Positions 48,301 to 62,513 of a stretch of 64,000 nucleotides of DNA are shown piece by piece. Numbering within the stretch: position 1 is the stretch's first letter; the number at the start of each line of letters is the position of its first letter. The stretch is taken from positions 10,292,001 to 10,356,000 of the forward strand of contig JBHGNT010000007.1 in the NCBI GenBank assembly GCA_043228905.1, read 5' to 3'. The translations under genes were made by a program, and so were the position numbers. The notes beneath the pieces were generated by a model. The model ran no database searches. It was given only the letters and a program-made list of their open reading frames with translations, and had not been told where the DNA came from. This stretch comes from Azolla caroliniana (Eukaryota > Plantae > Polypodiophyta).

Positions 48301-50845
48301 CCGGTGTCGTAGTGTATTTCATACACTACATGAAAAACTTATAAAGTACCGATTTAATAAATATGAATAAATAGTAGAAAATATTAAAATATATATAACA
48401 TGCATAGGGTAAGATTCGAACCTTGCACCTCTATGTTAATAATGTAATGTCTTACCATTACACTAGCATTTCATTAGTGTTCAAAAATAGATGTTCCACA
48501 TAGAAAGCTTAGTTCACCTAGGATAAACTTTAGTTAAAAGAAAACGCATGCTAAAAGAAAAAGCTACGCATGCACATCTAGCGTGCATGAACGCTATAGT
48601 TGATAAAAAAACGCACAAGTTAGAAAAAGCATGATCACTTTAGATAAAGCATATAGTCTATCTATAAGAAAAGCATGGAGTCTATAGTTAGAGAAAAAAG
48701 CATGGATTCCTAAGACTCCCTCATCACTACATAAGGATGGGGAGCACAATGTAATAGGGTGTGAAATACTTGGAAATTGGATATATTTCCGAAAACACCA
48801 ACCAATTAATATAATCGTGGGATTCATGAAAATAATATAATCTATACTTGTGGGATTCACAAGTTTCTTATATCTTTCTTTCAATCTAAATACATATTCT
48901 TATCTAAATATTGATTAATCGAATGCAATACACTCGTGGGATTCACGAAATTTCTATCTCTCTTTCTAATAATCTATTCATTACTAGCCTTATCTCATAT
49001 TCTTCTTTCTTCTAGTCCAAAACCTCAGTGGTTCCCACCCGACTCACGCAACGATCCGGCGCCGAAAGGCACGACACCGGTGTCTTCGATAGTCCGGCCG
49101 CATCATCCGTGCGCCGTAGTTTCTTGTCTATATACACTTCATGAAATGGACATAAGGTGCACATGCTATTCTTATTGACGGGGCACTCCCATCTCGTAGC
49201 TTCACGGATGCCTTCCATGGCGCTTCGGATCTCATTGGAGTCGGTTTTCTCGGGGTTTTCTAGCACATCCGGCCAAAAAGACACCTTTGCTCCCGATGAC
49301 TCACCCACACTTATTCCCGCGGTTGTCGCATAATTACCTTTCGCCGCTATTTCCTCCTCTAGGACCTTCTTCATGCCGCCTTTCCAAAAGTTCGGTCGGA
49401 GTGGCTTCCGAGAGTCCATCGAATGAATCCGACTTCCCTCGTAGTAGATAAGATCTCATCGTAACGCCTCCTTGTGCTTGTCGCAATCCCTCCGATCATG
49501 CTCGGTGCTATCACACCATATACACCGACGGTCCATATACTTGGAACTTGTGGGATGGTCATCTGACTTCTTCACCATCACGATTTTTAGATTCTCCATC
49601 TCCTTCAGCAACTGCTCCACCGTGGTTGCGTCGATTCCCTTCTCGGTCGTAGTCTCCCGAGCCCGCGGTTATTGGTTTTCCTATCCTTATCCCGGTTTCG
49701 GAATCGGTTCCGAAACCCTCTTTTCTTCGTTAGCAAGCCATTTCCCCCTCTTTGTGTATCGTGCGGCGATATCTCGCACGTTATCCCATCTATCGGTGAG
49801 GCCACTCTCGGTGGTCGTGTCCTCCAAAAGGACTCCAAGATCTTTCCGGTCCTGGACGTCCACGGCTCGTAGGAACATGATCACCTTGTCCGGTGTGAGG
49901 ATAGCTTGATCTCTCGCGGACAACCTCCCGAACCGACTTTCGAATGCCGAAAACACATCGAGGACCTTCATCCCCTTGTTCGACGTTTCCACCCAATCTT
50001 CGAATCCTCTCCTCGTTGCCTTGGAGGAGTCCTCGATGGCGAACGTGGTCTTTAGGGCCTCTTCAAATGCTTCCCATGTCGGATTCTGTTGTCGTATCCT
50101 GTGGATACTCCCTTGAAGACCGTCGATCGCCACTCGGTTGAAGGAGGTGACTTGTAATCCTTCCGAAATTCCACACCGTAGCATTTCCACCTTGTAATCT
50201 CCCAAATACTGCGAAACATCTTTCCCATTGAATTGCCTGTTCCGTTGCACAAGCCGCTCTACTGCCGCCGCAATCTTCGACATCGCACATTGTTCTTGTA
50301 GCATCCGCTCGAACATCATCATCATGTTGTTAGCCTCTGGTTGAATTTCCATCTCCTTGCCACCTACTTTCACGTCAGGTTCACCACTTGTATCGTGCCT
50401 TTCAGCTCCAGATCGTTGCGTGAGTCGGGTGGGAACCAGTAAGGTTTTGGACTAGGAGAAAGAAGAATATGAGATAAGGCTAGTAATGAATAGGTAGAAA
50501 GAGAGGTAACTTATGAATGTCGTGAATCCCACGAGTTTAATGTATTTAATCAATATTTAGATAGTAAGAGACAATTTAGATGACAAATTCGTGAATCCCA
50601 CGAATATATTATATTGGTGAATCCTTACAAAATAATCAACAACCATATACATCTTTCTCTCCTCCTTATATAAGGATGGGAGACACTAAGCATAGCTTCC
50701 TGCCTTTTCTAAAGTGTTCATGCACACTAAATGTGCATGAGTTGCTTTTTCCACTATGCTTTTATTTCCTAAATATATTGCTCATGCACGCTAGATGGGC
50801 ACGAGTATTCTTTTATTGGTTTATATTTTTCTTGTAAATAAGTAT
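45316..50845 (-). mobile_element. Decayed Trp-PBS gypsy element (partial LTRs 45316-45630 and ~50390-50845; gag-PR-RT-RH)
   Basis: PBS tggtgaacctgacgtgaa at 50386-50369, gag ORF 49687..50373, PR ORF 47534..48322 ending MDF*, and RT PFLDDIP. Confidence 0.88.
48305..49076 (+). mobile_element. Solo LTR of the Trp-PBS gypsy lineage
   Basis: TGTCGTAG...GGCACGACA, with 4-bp TSD CCGG (48301-48304 / 49077-49080). Confidence 0.9.
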
Positions 50846-53800
50846 TCGACAAAGCCACTGTTGGCTACTTTTTGCTGCTCCACACAACCGCGCTATTCAA
50901 AGAAAACATGTAACCGGAGGTGGATCGGCGATCCGATGCATCACTAGCCCTGTCGGCATCAGTATATCCGACTAGCTTCCCAGCTATACCGTGTCGGTAT
51001 AACAGTCCCCAGTCCTTCGTGCCGCTCACATACCGGAGTATCCGGTGTGCGCATTGAAGGTGCTCGACGGTCGGTTTCTGCATGAACTGACTGATCACTC
51101 TAACTGGGTAACTGAGGTCGGGTCGAGTGATTGTCAAGTATATCAGGCTTCCGACGATTTGTCGGAACCATTTCTCATCACAGGCTCGTCCAGAGTTGGG
51201 ACAAAGCTTCTGGTTCCGGTCCAAGGGTGTGGAGACAAGTCGGCACTCTGTCATACCGAACTTGTACAACATATTCAACACATAGTGTCATTGTGAGAGC
51301 AATATGTCGTCGAGGGTTCGGATCACCTCGACCCCAAGAAAATAATGAAGGTCCCCCAGGTCCTTCCTTTCAAATGCATCCGACAGCTGGGACTTTACTC
51401 GTCGGCTGATTTCATTGACTCTGGGTCCGGTGATGACTAAATCATCAACATAAGGTAGGATGCAAACCGGACCGTCCGGACCTTGCCGGATGAACAACGA
51501 TGAGTCGGATTTAGAGGTCACAAACCCCATCATACGCAACTAGTGCGTGATCTTCGCATTCCAAGCTCTGGGGGCTTGTTTCAGACCGTAAAGCGACTTC
51601 TTGAGCCAGCACACCGCCGACTTGTTCATCTCCGACTAAAAACCGGGAAGTTGGATCATATAGACTCGTTCTTCAAGGTCACCTTGAAGAAACGCATTCT
51701 TCACGTCCATTCGGTGAAGATGCCACCCCCTTGCCACAGCAACCGCCAGTACCACACGAACCGTCATCATCTTCACTACCGGGGCGAAGGTCTCGTTGTA
51801 ATCGATTCCCTGTGTATGTGCATAATCCTTTGCCATTAAACGGGCCTTGGACTAGTGAACCGAACCGTCGGCATTGTACTTTACCTTGTACACCCATTTG
51901 CAACCAATCGAATTTCAGTGTTGGGGTCAACGAGGTCCTATGTGTCGTTGGCATCTAGTGCCCGCATTTCTTCCTCCATAGCGGCACGCCAATTTGCGTC
52001 CTTTGGCGCTTCTGCGTAGCTCTCCGGCTCACACACTTCCGCCACCTTAGTCATGAACGCATTATGATGTGCCATGTACTCATTGTACCCGTACCGCGTA
52101 ACGGGGTTCTTCAGGCGGGAAGACCGGCGTAACTTGGTGTTACCCGGTTTGGGGCCCTTCTTGGCCAAGTCGGACTTCGTTCCCGAAGATCCGCCTTCAT
52201 CCTTTCCGGAGTTGGATTCACTCCGATCCAACTCAACGTTGCCGCTTTCGTATTCCGGCATCTTCTTCTCCCCTTTCTCTTTGCGCGTGAACCGTCTCCT
52301 CGGTTCCTTCTGCGGGGAGAGCACGGCAGAGTCTCCACTACTCGTCGGTTCCTCATCCGACTGGTCATCTCAACTCAGCCGCTCATTCAATCCACTTAGC
52401 CGGAATGAGATCAGACTCTCTTCTAGAGTGCCGAAGTCTTCATCTTCTACATGAACCTCCTCAGGCTCACTAGCCTCATCTTCCGGAATCAGGGTCGGTA
52501 AGGAGTACCATGATGCCGTCTCATCAAAATCGACATCTCGGCATACTTGGACCTGCTTAGTCCGCGGGTTATAGCACTTATACCCCTTTTGCTCATGCGA
52601 GTAACCCACTAGAATACACTTCTCCGACTTCGGATCCAGCTTCCTCCGCTTCTCATCCGATACATGCACATATGCTATGCTACCGAATATCCGAAGGTGT
52701 CTCAAATTCGGCTTTCGCCCGAACTACAGCTCATGTGTTGACACCTTGTCACCGATCTGGTTTTGGATGTAGACGCTCGTCCAGACCGCCTCAGCCTAGT
52801 AGAAATGGGGCATGCTCTTCTCCTCCAGCATTTCCCTTGCCGCGTCGACAATCGACCGGTTGTTCCTTTCGGCCACACCTTTTTGCTCCGGTGTGTACTT
52901 GCATCTGAATTCTCTCCGAATTCCGTTCTGCTGCAGATAATTGTTGAATTGGCTGGAAAAGTATTCTTTCCTGCCATCCGACCATAGGTACTTGATCCTC
53001 CTCTCCATTCCCCGTTCAACCAAGCTTTGAAGGTTCCGTAAACACTCGAAGACTTTGCTCTTCCTCTCGATGAGGTAGATCCACGTGTGTTGGTTGTAGT
53101 CGTCGATGAAGGAGACGAAATACCGACTCCCGCCAAGACTAACATTTTGTGTCGGTCCCCATACATCTAAATGGATTAAATTGAGCTTGTTATGGCGCTC
53201 CGGTTTCGATCGGTGAGGAATGGAAGCCGGTGTTGCTTCCCAAGTTGGCATGTTTCACAAATTTCGGCCTTCCGGCCGCTAAATTTCAGCAAACCGAAAA
53301 AAATTTGTTTCGATCGCAAGTCTTGAAGCCTTCGATAATTGACGTGGCCGATCCACTTGTGCCACAAGTCGATGTCTGATTCGACCTTCTGCCCTTTTGC
53401 AAACATAGCGGTGCCAACATCATTAGTGTTGAGGATGAAGATCCTCCTGTCTCTGCGCCCTTGCGCAATTATCCGGCCCTCTTCCTCGATGAAGCACCCT
53501 AGGTGCGTAAACCGCACCTGCATCCCCTAGTCGACGATTTGTCCAACCGACACCAGGTTCTTTGTGATAATCGGAACATGTAATATGTTCATCGGCTTCC
53601 CCTTTTGTCCGACATGGCTTAAAGGGACTTCTCCGACATGCACAATCAGGTGACAGGTGTCGTTTCTGGTTTTGACAATCCCTGGTTGTTCCGATTTCTC
53701 CAAAAAAGAGAACCACTATTCGTGGCTCGTCATGTGGTTGGACGGTCCAAAATCAACGTACCATAATTCCTCTGATCCAGAAGTAGTCTTCTTCATCGAG

Positions 53801-55327
53801 TTAGCCTTGTGCTTCATCACGACGGCTGGCCCTTCACTGGTTTTCCCCATTCCGGATCCTTCTGATCCTTCCGTGTGGTGCGAGCTTTGCCGGTTCTCCC
53901 GACCTGTTTTGCCGGATCCAGATTTGTCCGAATCAACGCACTTCTTCCAGCACTCGCTTTCCCTGTGGCCCTTTTTGCCACAGTACCAGCATTCCATGTC
54001 GGCCTTTCCTTGTCGGTTCCCGGCACCGCTTTGACTCCCCCTGCTTGTGAAGGGTCCGAACTGTTGTCGGCACAACCTCTGTGCCTCCGGTCCTGCTCTT
54101 GTCGGTCAACTCCATTGCATGCTGACCCACCTCGTCCACCACATCCATGGGGCCGATTTGTCTCCGTGTACAGCATCCGATCATCCGATTGAGTGGTCCT
54201 TGACCCACTCGCGTGGTTTTCTTCAACCATCAGCATCGATTGCAAGTCGAAGAAGGATGATGGTTTCTCCCGGGTGCATATCGCTGTCCGGATTGGCCCG
54301 TACCTTTCTGCTAGACCACCGAGGCAGATTTGTACCACCTCGTCTTCGTCCACCGTCACGTTGATGGACCCGAGTGCATCGCAAATCTCCTTTATCTTGG
54401 TGGTGTAGTCCGTAACCGACATGTCTCTTTGACGGATGTTGTTCAACTCTTGCTAGAGCTGGAACTTACGAGTTCTGGTACTTGCGGAAAAAATCTTTCG
54501 TAGATTTTCCCAGGCCTCCTTCGGCGTCTTTGCATCCTTGATGTAGCTAAGCATTTGATCATGCACACCGGACGCGAGACAGTACAGTACTCGACTCGCT
54601 CCTTGCTCCCATACCAGGAAGTCTTTGTGTGACAGCTCCGGTGCTACTTCATTTGTTCCTTCCAAGAAGCTCCAATATCCATGCCCCAGCAGGTACTGGT
54701 GCATTTTATATGACCAGGACGCATAGTTGCTCCAGTCGAGCTTCTCTGTTGGAAGTGAACTCGTCATTCCTCTGTCCATATCTTCTCTCTATTTGTTGTT
54801 ATTGGGTTCTAGGGTTCGTCTACGGAAGCAAATGTCGGCTGCAGAGGTTTTCAACCCTCACGCTCTGATACCATATGAATGTTAATGTGAAGAAGCGTCA
54901 GACAAAACCGGCTCAGTCGGATAGCAACAGAAAAAGAGATGAAGGTTTAATGGAAAAGTTTAAAAAACACAGAGGAGACGGAGAGAGCAGAACATAAACC
55001 TATATTCAAAAATTAAATCTAAAAATCTATATATACAACGTGCTAAACAACACTATTTATACAACTCCATAAAGGACTGACAAAAGTACTCACACGTGCG
55101 ACTGACACTAACTACGAGACAATGATTACCTAGTAGTCTAGGCTACTAGTAGCTTCCGATTCCCGCTCGAATTTGGCTCCCCGATCCGGCTGGTTGTTTT
55201 CGGATACCATCCGGATATCGATCGGGCTCATCCTTCTGAATGTCGATCCGGATTCAGTTCAGCTTGCTCGCTCAACAACATGTAGATCTCTTCTTCGAGG
55301 TCACCATGGAGGAATGTCGTCTTGAAT

Positions 55328-57830
55328 TGCTCGGCCACAACCGAATCTTGAATCACAAAAATGGGAATGAACGAGAGAGTACACAAAAATGACACAGGAT
55401 GTTTACATGGAAAACCCACCCTAATAGGGAAAAAACCAATGGAGCCCACAGACTCCAACTATCATTATATGAGAGGAAATACAAAGTGGAGGCATAGAGG
55501 CAACGACCTCATGCTCACGATCTCCGCCAAATGGCGGTTACAACAGAGAGTGCTCATAGCTACTCACTCGCTCTCTCTATCTCTCTCTGTACAACAATAT
55601 GACAATAACAACAACCTCACAAAGTGATTGCCCTAAGTCATATTTATACTTATATGAACTTAGGGTTATTTACAAATATAGCCTCAATAGGCTTGCTCAA
55701 AACATATTTACATATATGTCTTCTCTTCCAATTCTCACCAGCTCTTTTCCGGTTCTCACCGGGTCTCCTCCGATTTCGGATCTCTTCAAGCTCTCATGAA
55801 GTCCTTCATCTAGATTATCTCCTTGCCGGCTTCTACAACTGCCATGTTCTCCGCCTTCGTGGTTCACAATTCAACCGTCTTCTACAGGCTCGACTGCCAG
55901 GAAACAGCTCCCCTTGCATAGGTCATGACATATCCGGATGTAGACCCGTTGGTATCTGCATCGACCGACATATCCGAATCCGTGAATCCGTCAGGTTGGG
56001 GATTACCGGAGCCGAACAAGAGGCACATACTCGTGTTGCCCTTCAAATACCGGAGTATCCACTTCACCGCGTTCCACTACTCTCTTCCGGGATTGTTCAT
56101 GAAACGTCTTACCACTCCGACTGCATATCCGATATCCGGTCGGGTACATACCATCGCATACATCAAGCTTCCGACGATAGAGGCATATGGAATATTCATC
56201 ATATCCATCTTCTCCGCCTTTGTCCTCGGGCTTTGTTTTCCGGATAGCTTGTAGTTTTGTGTCCGACATGTTGAACCGTTGAAGCACCTTTGTCACGTAT
56301 TTTTCTTGTGACAACCACAACAGCTTCTTCGACCGGTCTTGGATGATGTGCATTCTGAATATCTATCTTTCCGGCCCCAAGTCTTTAATTGAGAAGGTCC
56401 AGTTCAAAGCCTTCTTCAAAATCTGTATCTTAACTTGGTATGGTCCGACGATCAGCATATCATCCACATATAGGAGTATCAGGAAATCTCCTCCGTCAAA
56501 TTTCTTCAGAAACACACAGTGATGGGCTTGCATTTTGCGGTACCCTTGGTCGGTCATGAAGGAGTTGAACTTCCGGTATCATTGGCGGGGAGCTTGCTTC
56601 AGTCCGTATAGGCTCTTCTTCAGCTGGCACACCAAGTGCTCCTTCCCTTTCTTCTCAAATCCTTCCGGTTGATGCATGTAGATCTCTGCTTCGAGGTCAC
56701 CATGTAGGAATGTCGTCTTGACGTCTAGTTGCTCTACCTCGAGGTCCATGCTTGCCCCTATGCCCAATACCGTCCGGATGGATGTCATCTTTACTACAAG
56801 GGCAAAGATCTCATCGAAGTCCATTCCTTTCTTCTGTTGGAAGCCCTTCAGCATGATTCTGGCCTTATACCTTGGTGGATTTCCGGCATCTCCTAGTTTA
56901 AGCTTGTACACCCACTTGTTCCGTAGTGCTCTCTTCCCTTTCGGCAACTCCGTCAGTTCATATGTGTGGTTCTCATGTAGGGAATCCATCTCATCCTACA
57001 TGGCACTCAACCACTTGCGGTTGTGGGTGTCTCTCTTTGCTTCTTCGAAGCTTTCCGGCTCCCCCTCATCGGTTAGCAACACATGCTTTGCATCCGGAAA
57101 TCTCCAGGGGACTCTTCTCTCTCAGAGCGGATATCTCCATCCTTGGTTTCTGACTACCAGTTCCTCCGTTTGTTCCAAATCCGAGTCCAATTCGGGATCT
57201 TGTCTCTTGTGTCTTCTTCTTCGGTCGATTCAGTTTCTTGTCCATATCCGATCGGTTCGTCGAGTGTCATTCGGTTTTCAACTAGGTATATCCTTGTGTC
57301 CTCAAGCCAGTTTTCATTGGATGATCCGGAGTTCATCACCTTCTTCTCTGACTCGTAGTCGGCAATGGTCCTGTCTTCCATGAAGACTATGTCCCGACTC
57401 CGGAACACCTTCTTGTCGACCAGATCCCGCACCCGGTAACCGAACTCATCGTCGTCGTATCCAAGGAATATGCATGGTCTGGACTTCGTATCCAGCTTTG
57501 CTCTCTTATGCTTTGCAAAGGCACATATGCGAGACACTCGAACACCTTCAGATGCCGGTAAGACACATCCTTACCGGTCCATACTCTTTGCGGTGTGTCT
57601 CCGTCCAAGGGTACAGAGGGTGATCTGTTTATCACATAGGTCGTCGTCGTCAACGCCTCAGCCCAAAACGTCTTGGGTAACTTTGCAGGTGCCAGCATGC
57701 TCCGAACTCTCTCCATCACGGTCCGGTTCATCCATTCGGCCGGCCTATTTAATTCCGGTGTCTTCGGCACAGTGAATTCGAGCCTGATTCCCTTCAACCG
57801 ACAGTACTCCTCGAACTACCCTCGGTATTC
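55328..57830 (-). mobile_element. Copia family C partial LTR plus RH-RT-INT fragment
   Basis: LTR similar to 43200-43560, and ORFs 55882-57797 (NKWVYKLK, YVDD, TFWAEA). Confidence 0.88.
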
Positions 57831-57851
57831 TTGACTATTTGAGAATTCGAT

Positions 57852-57895
57852 TGTTATTATTATTATTATTATTATTATGGTAATAATAATGATGA
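57852..57895. repeat. (TTA)n/(TAA)n microsatellite at the junction of two inverted copia C copies
   Basis: Directly visible in the sequence. Confidence 0.9.
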
Positions 57896-60800
57896 TGTTA
57901 GAAAACAGGTCCCTCCGGATGGGGAGAGAGAGGAGCTGAGTTGATGAGGGCCGAGGCCGAAACCAGAATCGTATAAATAGCCAACTCGGGAGACTATACT
58001 TGTAAATAGTCTCAATGTGCGCTCCATGAGGACTAGGTATGTAAATAGCCAAAAAGTATATATGCAACTAGGGCAAACTTTAAGATAGTGTGAATAGAAT
58101 AAAAGAGAACATAACCGTGAGTGAGAGAGAGAAGCGTGTGCCACGCCATAGCTATGTGAGCAACAGTAGACGTGAAGAGCCCTGTGCGGCCGATCCACTC
58201 GCAAGAGTGTTGTAATCCTCTCTATACTATATATCCACTGTCTATAGTGAAGTTCTGTTCCCGTGGTTTTCCCCGTTTTAGGGTTTCCACGTAAATCTCT
58301 GTGCATAGCTGTCTATCTCGTTTTTCTGTGATTTGTATTTTAGCATTGTTTGTGCATTGTTATTTAAATTCCACAACGATTTCTCAATAGTAAAATCAAG
58401 CTTGCTAGATGAAGAAGCTCACCAGAAGGATCGGGAGTCCGGAACCGATCCGAAGGCCTTGGTTACCAAAGTTGACCACAACCAGGGAAGAGGTCGGTAT
58501 TGGAGTCCCCAAAAACCGGGACAAATTGGGAACGAGGTCAAAGTCAAGGGGGGGGGGGGGGGGGGTACATGCTTCTACTGTGGGAAATTGGGGCACTTCT
58601 AGAATAACTGTCGGCATTTCCGGAAAGAGAAAGAAACAAGCACTACCGATTCAAAGAAGAGTTCGAATCGAAACAGCTTGGACTGGAGAGGCTCGGATCA
58701 TGTCAGCAATATCGATAAGTGAAGAAGAACTCATACTCATTACCGAGGAGAATGAGTTAAACCTTGTCGGCGACGAGACAATGTGGGTTGTCGATTCCGG
58801 AGCATCGTTCCACCTGACACCGGATCGTAAATGCTTCTCATCCTACACAATCGGTGATCATGGTTTTGTTCGGATGGGGAATGAAGGTACATGCCGAATT
58901 GTCGGCATAGGAGATGTGTTGTTGACAACATCAACCGGATGCAAGTTGCTATTGAAGGATGTCTAACACGTTCCAGAGGTTCGACTGAACCTGATATCAG
59001 TCGGTCAGCTAGATGATGAAGGCTACATGGGTAGCATCCGGAATGGAGTCATGAAATTTAGCAAAGGGAGTCTGATAGTGGCTTGAGCCCGGAAGACCAA
59101 CACATTGTACTTGATGCATGCCTAGATATGCCGGGAAGAAGTGAACATTGCATCCGACACGGCCGGTGAGTTGTGGCACAAGAGACTGTGTCACATGAGT
59201 CAGAAGGAGATGAAGAGACTTGTCGAAGACAATCTCATTCCGGTGAAGGACGTGCAACTTGAGAAGTGCACTGATTGCTTGGTCGGCAAGCAAAACCGAA
59301 CCTCCTTCCGGCCAAGACCACCACTGAGACGGAATGCACTACTGGAGCTGGTGCATACCAATGTGTGTCAAGTGGACATGAAGTCACATGCCAGATCACA
59401 GTACTTCGTGACGTTCATAGATGACCACAACCAGAAGTTGTGGGTCTCACCATTGAAGATGAAGGATCAGGTGCTATCCTTCTTCAAGGAACTCCACATG
59501 AGAGTGGAAAGAGAAACCGTCTGAAAGCTGAAGGCGGTTTGAGCGGACAACGGAGGAGAATACCAGGGGCAGTTCGAGGAGTATTGTCGGTCGAAGGGAA
59601 TCCGGCTCGAATTCACCGTGTTGAAGACGCCGGAATTGAACGGGTTGGCTGAACGAATGAACCAGACCATAATGGAGAGAGTCTGAAGCATGCTTGTACA
59701 TTCAAAGTTACCCAAGAAGTTTTGGGTTGAGGCGCTGATGACGGCAACGTATGTGATAAACAAATCATCCTCAGCACCCTTGGAAGGAGACTCACCGCAG
59801 AAAGTATGGACTGGTAAAGATGTATCCTACTAGCATCTAAAGGTGTTCGGATGTCTTTCTTACGTGCATGTGGCGAAGGACAAGAGAACAAAGTTGGATC
59901 CAAAATCCAGGCCATGCATATTCCTTGGATACATCGATAATGAGTTCGGTTACCGGGTGTGGGATCTAGTCGACAAGAAGGTGTTCCGGAGTCGGGACAT
60001 AGTCTTCATGGAAGATAGGACCATTGCCAACTGGGAGTTGGAGAAGAAGGTGATGAACTCCGGTTCATCCAATGAAAACTGACTTGAGGACACAAGGATA
60101 TACCCAGTTGAAAACCATATATGAGCCGGTAATCGAATGACACTCGAAGAACCGGCCGAATACGGACAAGAAACCAAACCGACCGAAGAAGAAGAAGAAC
60201 ACACCAGAACTGGACAAGATCCTGAATCAGATTCGGATGAGGAACAAACGGAGGAACCGGCAGTCAGAAACCAAGGACGGAGATATCCTCTTTGAGAGAG
60301 AAGAGCCCCCTGAAGATTTCCGGATGTAGAGCACGTGTTGCTAACCGATGAGGGGGATCCGGAAAGCTTTGAAGAAGCAAAGAGAGACACCCACAACCGC
60401 AAGTGGTTGAATGCCACGTAGGATGAGATGGATTCCCTACATGAGAACCACACATATGAATTGACGGAGTTGCCGAAAGGAAAGAGGGCACTCCGGAACA
60501 AGTGGGTGTACAAGCTGAAATCGGAAGATGCCAAAAACCCACCGAGATACATATCCCGGATCGTGGTGAAGGGGTTCCAGCAAAAGAAAGGAGTGGATTT
60601 CGATGAGATCTTTGCCCTGGTAGTAAAGATGACATCCATCCAAACAATATTGAGCATAGCGGCAAGCATGGACCTTGAGGTAGAGCAACTGGACATCAAG
60701 ACAGCATTCCTACATGGTGACTTCGAAGAAGAAATCTACATGCATCAACCGGAAGGATTTGTGAAGAAAGGGAAGGAGCACCTGGTGTGCCGGCTAGAGA

Positions 60801-62513
60801 AGAGCCTATATGGACTGAAGCGAGCTCCTCGAGAATGGTACCGGAAGTTCGACTCCTTCATGACCGACCAAGGGTACCACAAAATGCAAGCCGATCACTG
60901 TGTGTTTGTGAAGAAATTTGACGGAGGAGATTTCTTGATACTTCTCCTATATGTGGACGATATGTTGATCGTCGAACGAGACCAAGGCAAGATTCGGATG
61001 TTGAAGAAGGTTCTGAACCGAACCTTCTCAATGAAAGACTTGGGTCTGGAAAGACAGATATTGGGAATGCACATCATTCGAGACCAGTCGAAGAAGTTGT
61101 TGTGGTTGTCATAGGAGAAGTACGTGACAAAGGTGCTTCAATGGTTCAACATGTCGGAGGCAAAACCGGTTGGATCGACACTTCCGGCAAACTACAAGCT
61201 ATCCGGAAAATAAAGCCCGAGGACAAAAGCGGAGAAGATGGATATGATGAAGACACCATATGCCTCTGCCGTCAGAAGCTTGATGTACGCGATGGTATGT
61301 ACTCGGCCAAATATCCGATTTGCATTCAGAGTGGTGAGTCAATTCATGAGCAATCCCGGAAAAGAACACTTGAACGCGGTCAACTGGATACCCCGGTATC
61401 TGAAAGGCAGCTCGAGTATGTGTCTCCAGTTCGGTTCTGGTAATCCCCAACTTGATGGATTCACGGATTTGGATATGTCGGTTGATGCGGATACCAGCCG
61501 GCCTACATCCGGATATGTCATGACTTATGCAGGGGGAGTTGTATCGTGGCAGTCGAGGCTGCAGAAGACAGTTGCGTTGTCAACCATGGAGACGGAGTAC
61601 ATGGCAGTTGTAGATGCCGGCAAGGAGATAATCTGGATGAAGGACTTCATCGAAGAGCTAGGGATCCAACAGGAGGAATATCGGCTCTAATACGACAGTC
61701 AAAGTGTCATTCACCTTGCAAAGAATGCGGCCTACCATTCCCGGACAAAACATGTCCAACGGAGGTACCACTGGATCCGGGAGAGAGTAGAAGATCAAGA
61801 GTTCGTGCTGACGAAGATCCACACGAAAGAGAACGGGTCGGATATGCTAACAGGTGTTGACAACCGACAAGCTGAATGTGTGCCAAAAGCGGATCGGGCT
61901 AGCGAGACATCCCATGTCGGAGTGAAGGGGGAGATTGTTGGGAAATTAGTCCCTCCGGATGGGATCCGGTTATGAATGAAGTGGACCCGGTGAGAACCGG
62001 AAGAGATCCGGAAATCGGATCGGATGGACCCAGTGAGAACCGGAAGAGAAGACATATTGTGTAAATATGTTTTGAGTCAGCCCATTGAGGCTACATTTGT
62101 AAATAGCCCTAAGTTCATATAAGTATAAATATGACTTAGGGCAATCACTTTTTGTGAGTGGTTGCCATATTGTTGTTCAGTGATAATTGTTGTATAGAGA
62201 GAGAGAGAGATAGAGAGAGGAAAAACAGAGTTATGCTCTGTTGTAACCGCCGGTTGGCGAGATACAGAGCATGAGGTTGTTGCCTTCGAGTCTCTGAGTG
62301 TATCTTTATTATATATGGTGATAGCTTGGAGCCTGTGGGCTCCCGTGGTTTTTCCCATTAGGGTTTTCCACATAAATATTCTGTGTACTCTCTACTTCCC
62401 ATTTTTGTGTTTCATTCCCATTTTTGTGTTTCATTCCCATTTCTGTGTTTGATTTCCATCCAAGTGAGTCAAGACTCGGTTGTGGCCGCGCAATATTCCA
62501 CGCTTTTCTCGCC
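57896..62513 (+). mobile_element. Decayed copia family C element (dissimilar LTRs 57896-~58376 and 61936-~62513)
   Basis: CFYCGKLGH, WVVDSGAS, INT, RT YVDD, RH and PPT gaagggggagat. The gag 5' part and PBS are missing. Confidence 0.88.

Larger units (their letters stand above)
44762..55277 (-). mobile_element. Older copia family D element (3' LTR 44762-45213, 5' LTR 54874-55277) hosting a gypsy remnant
   Basis: Degenerate TSD GCATG/ACATG, PBS tggtatcagagcg at 54873-54861, PPT at 45214-45224, and fragmented gag-PR-INT-RT ORFs 50865-54779. Confidence 0.88.

Noticed and set aside
57896-62513. Intact copia element with an LTR pair
   Set aside because: The two LTRs are only loosely similar, the PBS and gag start are missing, there are many stops, and no TSD was found.
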